Position numbers and translations under genes: made by a program. A stretch of 64,000 nt of DNA from Lactobacillaceae bacterium (GTDB lineage Bacteria; Bacillota; Bacilli; Lactobacillales; Lactobacillaceae). The notes below the pieces were generated by a model. That model was not told the origin of the DNA. It saw only the letters and a program-made list of their open reading frames with translations, and did not search any database. The stretch covers positions 6,846 to 70,845 of the forward strand of contig JAITQG010000072.1 in NCBI GenBank assembly GCA_031289015.1, in the 5' to 3' direction. Of the stretch, positions 19,615-29,500 are shown piece after piece. The stretch's first letter is position 1; every line of letters begins with the position of its first letter.

Positions 19615-21141
19615 ATGGCTATCACTCGTCCCGAATACATTCTAGCGGTCGATCAAGGAACTACCAGCACAAGAGTTGCGGTATTTAACCAAAATGCGCG
19701 GCGGGTAACTTCAACATCGGTCCCCATCACCCCAATTTCACCCCACTCTGGTTGGTTTGAACAACAACCCATCGATATTTGGCGCACGGCTCAAACCGCG
19801 ATTGCCGAAACGATGATTAATGCCGGCATTCATGTCGATGATATCAAAGCTTTGGGTATTGCCAACCAACGAGAAACGACGATTATCTGGAACCGCCACA
19901 CTGGCCAACCAATTTATAATGCCGTCGTATGGTCATCGACTCAGTCACAACCCGTCGCTGAGCAAATTCAAAAAGCTGGCCACGCCAATTTAATCAAAAG
20001 TAAAACCGGTTTGCCGATCAGTGCCTATTTTTCCGCTACTAAAATTCGGTGGATTTTAGATCAGGTTGAGGGTGCCCAAGCATTAGCCGAAGCAGGCGAT
20101 TTAATCTTTGGGACGGTTGATTCATGGCTGGTTTGGAATTTAACAGACCGCCAATCCCACATTACTGACGTCTCCAATGCAGCGCGGACCATGTTGTTTA
20201 ACATTCATACATTAGAATGGGACGCAGAATTATTAGCAATCTTCAACATTCCGGCTTCGATGTTACCCACCGTTACTAAATCATCGGGTGAGCTTGCGGT
20301 GACCAATGCCATGCAATTCTTTGGTGGTCAAGTTCCCATCACGGCCATTATTGGTGACCAAAATGCGGGTTTGATTGGGCAACTGGGTTACAAGCCCGGC
20401 ACCGTTAAAACGACCATTGGGGCCGGGACCTTCTTGATGATGAATACTGGTGATACACCAACTGAATCAAATAATAACTTGGTTTCAACGATTGCCTATC
20501 AAATTGATGACAAACCAGTTTATGCCCTAGAAGGTTCGGTCTTTGCGGCAGGTTCGGCCATTCAATGGTTGCATGAGCGACTTGGTGTCATCAAAGATAT
20601 GCCCGACACATGGGAAGCGGCTGAATTATCAACCAATCACGACGAAGTTTATGTCGTGCCCGCCTTTTCTGGTTTAGGTGCCCCCTATTGGGATCCACAT
20701 GCCCGGGGTACGGCGTTTGGCCTCACGCGGGGGACTGACAAAAATGACTTCATTAAAGCCACTGTCCAATCGATCGCTTATCAAACTGCTGATATTTTAC
20801 AAATTATGCGACTTGAAACTAAGCATCCCTTAGAAGTGATTAAGGCTGATGGCACCGTGTCAAGAAATCCATATCTAATGCAATTCCAAGCCGATATTAC
20901 CAATCTTCCCGTTGAACGTTCACTTCATGAGGACACTACGCCCTTAGGTGTCGCGTTCTTAGCTGGCTTAGCAGTTGGTTATTGGCACTCGATTGACGAT
21001 TTGGCGACCCTGACTACCAAAGGGCGGACCTTTGTCCCAGCGATGCCAAATGAAAAACGTGCGAGCTTACTTGCTGGTTGGAAAAACGCCGTCAAAGCAA
21101 CGCGTTTCTTTGCCAATGCGATGCTCAATGAGAATCAATAA
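19615..21141 (+). CDS. glpK: Glycerol kinase (FGGY family), somewhat divergent
   Basis: DQGTTSTR, NQRET, YFSATK, GDQ, YALEGS, PAFSGLGAPYWD. Confidence 0.85.
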   Translation: MAITRPEYILAVDQGTTSTRVAVFNQNARRVTSTSVPITPISPHSGWFEQQPIDIWRTAQTAIAETMINAGIHVDDIKALGIANQRETTIIWNRHTGQPIYNAVVWSSTQSQPVAEQIQKAGHANLIKSKTGLPISAYFSATKIRWILDQVEGAQALAEAGDLIFGTVDSWLVWNLTDRQSHITDVSNAARTMLFNIHTLEWDAELLAIFNIPASMLPTVTKSSGELAVTNAMQFFGGQVPITAIIGDQNAGLIGQLGYKPGTVKTTIGAGTFLMMNTGDTPTESNNNLVSTIAYQIDDKPVYALEGSVFAAGSAIQWLHERLGVIKDMPDTWEAAELSTNHDEVYVVPAFSGLGAPYWDPHARGTAFGLTRGTDKNDFIKATVQSIAYQTADILQIMRLETKHPLEVIKADGTVSRNPYLMQFQADITNLPVERSLHEDTTPLGVAFLAGLAVGYWHSIDDLATLTTKGRTFVPAMPNEKRASLLAGWKNAVKATRFFANAMLNENQ

Positions 21142-21253
21142 AAACTTTTTGAAAACTTTTTACATTTTATAAGCAATTTGATGTAAAAAATGTTATAATC
21201 AATTTATCAATTAGACGGATACTTATTCAACACGTAGGAAGAAGGAGTTTATC

Positions 21254-22714
21254 ATGCCCGCAGAAATCACCACATTGTTGACGTTCTTTGGTGGAACTGG
21301 CGACCTCGCCAAGCGAAAGTTATATCCATCAGTTTACAATTTATACAAAAAGGGATATCTTCAAGAACACTTTGCAGTTGTTGGAACTTCACGTGCCGAT
21401 TTGACACAAGCTGAATTCCACGACATGGTGCGTGAGTCAATCAATCACTCGGTCGAAGATGAAGACAATGCTAAAGCCTTTATCTCTCATTTCCGTTACA
21501 TCAAATTAGATGTTGGCAATGCAGATGGCTATGCTGATATGTTAGCCTTAAACAACGAATTAGAAGCGCAATACGAGCTTAAGGGCAACCGAATTTACTA
21601 CATGTCAGTGGCTCCCCGCTTCTTTGCCACAATTGCTAAATTATTGAAGTCTGAAGGCCTCATCACTGACAACGGTGAATTCAACCGGCTTATGATTGAA
21701 AAGCCATTCGGAACTAGTTATGAAACCGCTGAAGAATTGAACAATGATTTAAATGAAGTATTCGACGAAGATCAAATCTTCCGAATCGACCATTACCTTG
21801 GTAAAGAAATGGTCCAAAACATCGCGGCGATTCGCTTTGGTAATCCATTGTTTGACGCCGCTTGGAATAAGTCATATATCCAAAACATCCAAGTGACGCT
21901 TTCAGAAGTCTTAGGGGTTGAAGAACGAGCTGGTTATTACGATACGGCTGGTGCTTTACGTGACATGGTGCAAAATCACACAATGCAAATTGTTGGTTGG
22001 CTCGCTATGGAAAAGCCCACATCATTTACTGACAAGGATATCCGCGCTGCCAAGAACGTAGCCTTTAATTCATTGGACATCTATAATGCTGACCGCGTGG
22101 ACAAGAACTTTGTCCGCGGTCAATACGGCGAAAATATTGACGGTACACAAATTAAGTATTTGGACGAAGATGGCGTGCCTGAGGGTTCACAAAACGACAC
22201 CTTCGTGGCTGGCCGCTTGAAGTTCCGTTCTGCGCGTTGGGATGGTGTGCCATTCTACATCCGGACCGGAAAGCGTTTGAAGTCAAAGCAAACCCGTGTC
22301 GACGTGGTCTTTAAAAAGGGCTTGAGTATCTTTGGTGATGATATTGCCCTTGAAAACCCCGTGCTATCAATCTTGATTGATCCTAAGGGGGGCATCGAGT
22401 TCCGCATTAACGCTAAGGACACTACGTCTGAATTTAATACTCGCATCGATACGATGAAGTGGGAAGTTTCATACCTTGATATGGAACGTACGCCTGAACC
22501 ATACGAGCGCATGATTCACGACGCTATGAACGGCGATGGTTCTAACTTCGCTGCTTGGAACGACGTAGCGATTGCCTGGAAGTTCGTCGATGCCATTCAA
22601 AAGCAATGGGATTCACAACAAGCTGAATTCCCTAACTACATTTCTGGCACGATGGGACCTAAAGCATCTGATGAATTGTTAGCTGAAGATGGTAACTACT
22701 GGGTTTATCGTTAA
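21254..22714 (+). CDS. zwf: Glucose-6-phosphate 1-dehydrogenase
   Basis: GGTGDLAKRKL, IEKPFG, RIDHYLGKE, RDMVQNH. Confidence 0.98.
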   Translation: MPAEITTLLTFFGGTGDLAKRKLYPSVYNLYKKGYLQEHFAVVGTSRADLTQAEFHDMVRESINHSVEDEDNAKAFISHFRYIKLDVGNADGYADMLALNNELEAQYELKGNRIYYMSVAPRFFATIAKLLKSEGLITDNGEFNRLMIEKPFGTSYETAEELNNDLNEVFDEDQIFRIDHYLGKEMVQNIAAIRFGNPLFDAAWNKSYIQNIQVTLSEVLGVEERAGYYDTAGALRDMVQNHTMQIVGWLAMEKPTSFTDKDIRAAKNVAFNSLDIYNADRVDKNFVRGQYGENIDGTQIKYLDEDGVPEGSQNDTFVAGRLKFRSARWDGVPFYIRTGKRLKSKQTRVDVVFKKGLSIFGDDIALENPVLSILIDPKGGIEFRINAKDTTSEFNTRIDTMKWEVSYLDMERTPEPYERMIHDAMNGDGSNFAAWNDVAIAWKFVDAIQKQWDSQQAEFPNYISGTMGPKASDELLAEDGNYWVYR

Positions 22715-22729
22715 TCAATAATTTTTATT

Positions 22730-22813
22730 AAACCATCACGTGATTTTATGACGTGGTGTTTTTTTTGGCATCAAACTACAAAAAAGTTCACGCCCAAATG
22801 AGCGTGAACTTTT
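22730..22813. terminator. Two back-to-back terminators (zwf on +; adhesin-rhomboid unit on -)
   Basis: ATCACGT..ACGTGGT plus T8 (22730-22766); AAAAGTTCACGC..GCGTGAACTTTT (22781-22813). Confidence 0.75.
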
Positions 22814-22821
22814 GAATTCAA

Positions 22822-23490
22822 TTAATCTATAACTTGCACTGCCGCCACACTGGGTTCAATCCCAGTATGATTAGCAATCCGTTTTTGCAAATCCACATGT
22901 AAGCCGGCCACAAAGCAACCAAATGCATAACCCGTGGCCATCCCAGTGATGTGGCCAACTGCTGAAATACTCGAATCTTTAAATGAAGCATACAACAGGC
23001 CACCAGCGAGTAGCAACACTAGGCCAATCGGGATCAGTAACCAAATTTTCTTATAGATGAGTACTTCCATCGACATGATGGGCAAGACGAGGGTCAGCAT
23101 GCCATATTCAATCCCTGACGCCCCAATCGTGAGGGTAGTCGTGGTTTCGTGCACGGCTACCCCAACTACTAACATACAAACTAAAATAAAAAGTAAGTAC
23201 ATCGAGCGTGCCAAGAAGGATTCAATAACCCCGCCAACAATCAATATCTCACATGAATTAACCACGAGATGTTGAAAGCTAGCATGCTCAAAGGTCTTGA
23301 ACATCGAGGCGACAATCAAATCCGGATCAGCACCTAAAGTTTGATGATTGAATTGCATAATTTGAGCAGCAGATGGCCCTGAAAACGGGTTAACTCCTGA
23401 TGTATGTGACATCCAAAAATATACCACGATATTAAACACAATATAGAGAATGGTAATAATTGGTAAATGTTTCATTTTCGAATCAAACAT
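22822..23490 (-). CDS. Rhomboid-family intramembrane serine protease
   Basis: About 6 TM; HLVVN (L1/TM2 HxxxN), catalytic GASG Ser, catalytic GHITG His; GAGGA RBS. Confidence 0.85.
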   Translation of the reverse strand: MFDSKMKHLPIITILYIVFNIVVYFWMSHTSGVNPFSGPSAAQIMQFNHQTLGADPDLIVASMFKTFEHASFQHLVVNSCEILIVGGVIESFLARSMYLLFILVCMLVVGVAVHETTTTLTIGASGIEYGMLTLVLPIMSMEVLIYKKIWLLIPIGLVLLLAGGLLYASFKDSSISAVGHITGMATGYAFGCFVAGLHVDLQKRIANHTGIEPSVAAVQVID

Positions 23491-23560
23491 GCTAAATCCT
23501 CATTCAATTAATAGTTTGCTACCTAGCCTCACATTGATTGAGCAATTTTATGGAATTTAA

Positions 23561-26500
23561 CTACTTAGCTTCTTCCTCTTGCTTGCGACGCTTCTTTACA
23601 AAGAATAATCCACCAGTGGCAATTCCCAGTGTAGCCAAGACACCCCAGAGCCAACCCGAATCTTGCTCAACGACCTTTTCAGGTTCATCAGTCTCGCTTG
23701 CATCTTGGGCATTGTCGTTAATCTTGACGTCCTTACCATCTGCATTAGCATCCTTGATATCCTTGGCGTCTTTTGCATCAGTGGCTGCTGAATTGTCAGT
23801 TGCTGCCGTGTCACCAGCTGCCGGCGTATTGCCATCATTTACCGGTGTCGTCACCCCAGTCCCATCCCCACCATTATCTGGTGTTGGCGTTGGCGTTGGT
23901 GTTGGTGTTGGTGTTGGCGTTGGCGTTGGCGTTGGTGTTGGTGTTGGCGTTGGCGTTGGTACCGCATCCTTTGCGTAAGTCACAACTTCAACACTGTTGC
24001 CATCCGTAACCTTGATAGTGTAACCAGCCAGCTTAGTCTTGTTGGGTGTGTACCCAGCAATGGTTGGTACAGCGCTAGCAGGTGTAGTCAATTCAGTTTG
24101 TGCCCAGGCAACACTTTGTGCACCCGTCACATCATCAGTCTGGACAGTTCCATTAAAGGTAACTGTTGCGACTTGATCATCAGCAGCTTCATGGCCATTT
24201 TCAAGCAAGAAGCGCACCGTGTGTGAAATTTGCTTTGAGATAGCCTTAGTTGAGATGTGATGCTTCAAATGAACATTGATGTCTTGATTGCTTGTAAATA
24301 CACCTTGATCATAACCAGCATCCCCAGCCACAAATTCATAGCCACTTGCTAACAACTTGTCCAAAGTAATTGAATTAGTTGTATACTTGTCGCCCGTATT
24401 ACCGATCACAACCGCCTTTGAAACTTCACGGTTGCCATTGTCGGCATCTAGGTAATGAATGGTGTTAGTCACCGTAGCCACTGGCGTATTTTCAGCTTGG
24501 TAAGTCACAAAGACGTCTTCGTCCGCATCAGTACCTTGCACCACACGGGTTGCAACAGTCTTCAACGTTGGCACAAAGCCTGCAATGCTTGGTGATTCAA
24601 CAGCCTCAAGCGTTTGTTCGCCAGTTAACCATTCAGCAGTGATGGTTTGTGTGACCTTATCAAACACCTTGTTACCTTGGAAGGTTACGGCTTGCACCTT
24701 GTCTTCAGCAACCTTGGTTCCATTGGTATTTTGATAATGAATTGTCCGCTTGATGGTCTTTGTAGTAGCTTCCTTAGTTACAGCATGCTTCAAGTAAACG
24801 TTGATATCCTTGCTAGTCTCAAAGATTCCAGCTTGGGCACCGGCATCCTCAGCTACCAATTCATAACCTTGTGCCAATAAGGCATTCAAGTTTGCTGTAT
24901 TAGTCGTATAGGCTTCACCCTTACCACCAGCTTCAATTACATTGCCGACTTCAGCATTATGGTTATCCGTGTCGATGTAGTGCACGTTTAATTGCACGAC
25001 TTCATCGGTACTATAATACTTAACCGTCACTTCACTGTTCTTTTGATGTCCAGTAACCGTTCTTGCAGCCACGGTTGCCTTGTTAACCAAATATCCGTCA
25101 ATGGTTGGTGAAGCAACTTCAGCCAACTCTTTTTCTTCTTGATCCCAATCAACCTTGTAAAGTCCAGTTACCTTATCAATGTGCTTCACGCCATTAAATT
25201 CAGCAGCTTGCACGACATCATCAGCGGCAGTTTGCCCATTAGAGAATTGATAATGAATCGTCCGGGTCGTTGTGTGTTCAAAATTCTCATCCACAATCGC
25301 ATGCTTCAAATACACGTGCACGTCTTTGTTTTCAGTAAAGCGACCATCTGCTGAATTTTCATCGGCAGCAAAGACCACATAGCCTTTGTCCTTCAAATCA
25401 TCAAGTGTGCTTGAATCAATCGTATAGTCTGTACCTACTAAGCCCTTGGCAGTTTGGAGACCAACTTCAGCATTGCCGGCATCAGCGTCGATGTAATGCA
25501 CCTTAACCCCGATAATATCGGCATCGCTATGGTATGTCACGTTAACATCAGAGTCCTTAGTATTTGGGGTAACATACAATTCATGGACACTCCCCTTATC
25601 TGGGGTGAAATCATTGACGTATGGTGATACCACTTCTGGCAAAGTTGCGTTTTTAGTATCCCAACTGTACTTTGACAGATTGGTTACTAAATCAGTGTCC
25701 TTTGAACCAGTAAAGGTTTCAGATTGGATGACATCATCAGCAGCCGTACCACCAGTTGCAAAGTTATAATGGATTGTCCGGGACACCGTCCGGGTTACAT
25801 CAGACTTGTCATGCTTGTGTGACAAATGTACATACAGATCCTTATCGCCAGTATAAATACCAGCATCAAAGCCTTCATCACCATCGACAAATTCATAACC
25901 AGTTGCTAACAACCCATTCAAAGTTGCATCGTCAGTTTGGTATTTGTCACCAATATTACCTGCATTGGTGGTCTTGCCAACTTCAGCATTGTTGTCATCA
26001 GCATCCAAGTAGTGCACTTGGATGGTTGTTGGTGCCAAATCAGCTTCATAGACAACCTTTGTATCGATGTCAGCATCCGTGGCTACAACTTGGGCCTTGT
26101 CAATGACTGCCTTGCTTGCGGTATAGCCCTTAATCGTTGGTGTTTCAATGGCATCAAACACTTGTGGTGTCATATCCCAATCAATACTTTGATGCTTAGT
26201 CACCAAATCAGTATCTTTTTGCCCTTCAAACTTCAAGCTTTGCACTTGCTTATCCGCAGCTTCTTCACCATTGGCAAATTGATAATGGATCGTCCGCGTT
26301 ACATAACGGATGGCTTGTTCATCGGTGTGCTTATGCCGCAAATGGACATACAAATTAGCTGGTCCATCAGCTGTGAAGAGGCCTTGATCATAATTATCAT
26401 CAGCGCTAACAAATTCGTAACCAGCCGCCAACAACTTTGGCAAAGCCTTGTCATTCAAACCAGTTTCATAACGATCACCGAGGTTACCATTGTTAACTTC

Positions 26501-29500
26501 AGCGGTGATTTCTTTGTTATCAGCGTCCAAATCCAAATAATGCACGGTGTTGGTAGCAGAAGTGTGCTTATAATAAATTGTCAATTCTGTATCATCATCA
26601 AATGGTGATACAGGCATCGTCACTAAGCCAGCGGTTAAGGCTGTGAAATTCAACACTTCAGGCGCATTAACATTTGTGAACTCTTGTTGTGTTGGATTAT
26701 CCCATTCATTAACAGTTTGGTTAGTCACCTTGTCATAATAACTAGTTCCCGTAAAGGTCACGCTTTGTACGCGATCAGGTGCAGCTGATTCCTCAGGTTT
26801 GTCTTCAAAGCGGAAATGCACAATCCGCGATACCGTCTTAGTCAATGGCGTTGCTTCAATTCCGTGGGCCAAAGTCACATAATAGTCCTTACTTGCTTGA
26901 CTATAAGTTCCAATCACAGCACCCTCATCACTATGTTCAACCACATAACCATGGGCCAACAAGTTCTTTAACGTCATCGTGTCAGTAGTATAGTTTTCAC
27001 CCACACGACCATGATTAGTCACTGCAGCCAATTCCTTGCCATCTTGACTACCATCCAAATAATGAATCGTCGTGGTGGCTGCACTAGCTGACTTAGTATA
27101 CGTCACGGTGATGGTTTGATCTTGATCAGCACCCGTTACCGTAGAAGCTCCAACCTTAGCTTCACTTGCCGTGTATTGGTTGATTTCCGGTGATACAACT
27201 TCACCAAATTCTTTAGTAATGGTGTCCCAATCAAAAGTTTCAGCCTGAGTCACTTGGTCGATATGCTTAGTCCCATTAAAGTCCACCGTTTGTTCAACAG
27301 CAGGATTTGCCGTGGCACCATTTGCATACTTATATTGAATCGTCCGCTTAACATCCTTAGTCACTGCCTCGTCAACAACGGCATGCTTAACATACACGTA
27401 GTAATCAGTATCTTGAGCAAAGGTTTCCGTCACGGTGATTGGCCCAGATTCATGCACATAGCCCATTGGCTTGAGCAAAGTATCCAACACGTTCATCGCC
27501 GTGTAATCCTTTGATGGCTCTCCAGTTGGCATGACACTAACGGCACGCGTGATTTCTTCGTTGTTGTTATCAGCATCGATGAAGTGATATGTCAGGCGAG
27601 CTTGATCCTTATTTACTTCATCTTTTCTAAACTTAATCGTGCGATCAACGCCACCACCGTTAACTGAGATGGTTTGGCTTGGTACGGTTGTAGCATCAGC
27701 TGTGTAACCCTTAATCGTTGGTACCGTAATTTCAGGGAATGTCTTGGTTCCATCTTCATACACTGTGGTGCTCTTTTGCGTTACCAAATCAGTCGTCTTC
27801 ACCCCAGCAAATGTCAACGTTTGAACCGTTGGCTTCACCACAAACGTCGCCAAATCATCTGAATAACGATATTCAATCTTACGTGTCTTAGTTGCTGTAA
27901 CGTCTTCGCTGAGCTTTTTGTGACCCAAATGCACGTACACATCTTGATCGTTATCAGTAAAGGTACCTTGGTTAGCTTCTTTATCACCATCAAGGAATTC
28001 ATACCCAGCAGCATACAATGCTTCGAGTTGCTTAGGATCAGTTACGTAATCATCCCCATCTTGCCCAGCATTGATTACCAGTCCAACTTCAGCATTATCA
28101 GCTTCTGTGTCGATATAATGCACGTTGACATTCATAGCGGGATGATACGTCACCGTTACTTCAGTATCGAGTGGGCCATTATGATCAGCAAAGGCCGTAG
28201 CAACCCTGGCTTGATCGGGTGCAAAGTGGGCAATCACCGGTGAATCCACCGCATCAAATTGCACTGTATCCCAGACCGTAGTCGCGTGCCCAGTTACCAA
28301 GTCAGTGGTCTCAGTTCCTGTTAATTCACTACCTTGGATAGAATCATCAGCCGCCTTATCACCATTTTCAAATTGATAGTGAATAAAGCGTTGCGTACCA
28401 AACAAATAGTGGTGTGTAATTTCTGTTTTGTGACCTAAGCGGACATAAATGTCCTTGGTTTGGTCAAATTCACCCTTCAACCAACCATCATCACCTGAAA
28501 TGAATTCATAGTTTTGCTTGATTAAGTCTTGATAGGCCTTTGAATCATCAGTTTGATAACGCGTACCAATTTGGCCATCCAGTGCCAAACGGCCAACTTC
28601 CTTATCAGCATCATCATGATCAAGGTAATGTACCGTCAATTGCGCTGTGCCTTCAGTAGCAGTTGCACGTGTATAGGTCACGTTTTGTTGTACAGTGCCC
28701 ATATTATATTGCACTGGCAAAACAGCACTCGTTGACTTGTCAGCCACGTAACCGGCAATCACTGGTGATTCAATTGCTTCAGTCTGCTTTGGTGTTGTCG
28801 CAAAATCCGTCCCAATTGACTTATTGATCACTTGGTCGATATGATCAACGCCATCAAAAGGAATCCGTGTCAAATGATCTGGAGCTGCCTTGGCACCGTC
28901 AGCATACTTATAATGCACTACTGAGGCCACATAAACCGTTTGTTGACGATCAATAATCTTATGGCGCAACCGGACAGTTACTTCAGAATCTGCCGCAGCG
29001 TTCGTTCCTTGACTATAATCATTAGCCCCAGGTACCAGTTCATAACCTTGAGCATACAAAGCATTCAATTTTGGTTGGTCAATTTGGTATGCCCCAGCTT
29101 CTGGCAAAGTAAAGGTTGCTGCATCAATCAGCGCATTGTTGCGATCAGTATCGATGTAGCGCACTGTTAAGTTGTTGGTAATTGGTGTCCCTTGCCAAAC
29201 ATATGTATGTGTATCCACTAAATTACGATTATCTAAGTGATCCCCAAGTACTTGAGCTCCTGTCAATTCACTACCAGCAGGGGCATGAACATCTGTGCTC
29301 GTCCCAACTTCACGCCACAAATCAGCGTTAACTGTGTGGTGATCAAAGGTATCCCCAACGACTGGTGTATTTAACCCGAAGTTGGCTGGTTCAGTTGGCT
29401 TAAAATTAGCGCCCATTGAAATCTTCCACAGGCTGTCACATCCAGCAACCATTTCTTCAACTGAAGTCCGGTCAGTTGTCAACGTTGGGTTCGTTAACGC

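Noticed and set aside
23538-23978. Plus-strand 146-aa ORF with (GV)n repeat
   Set aside because: It is the antisense shadow of the adhesin Pro-Thr repeat and has no RBS.
23961-29160. CRISPR-like or near-identical DNA repeats in the adhesin
   Set aside because: The ~175-aa units are diverged coding repeats with no constant repeat-spacer pattern. No CRISPR array or cas gene was seen anywhere in the window.
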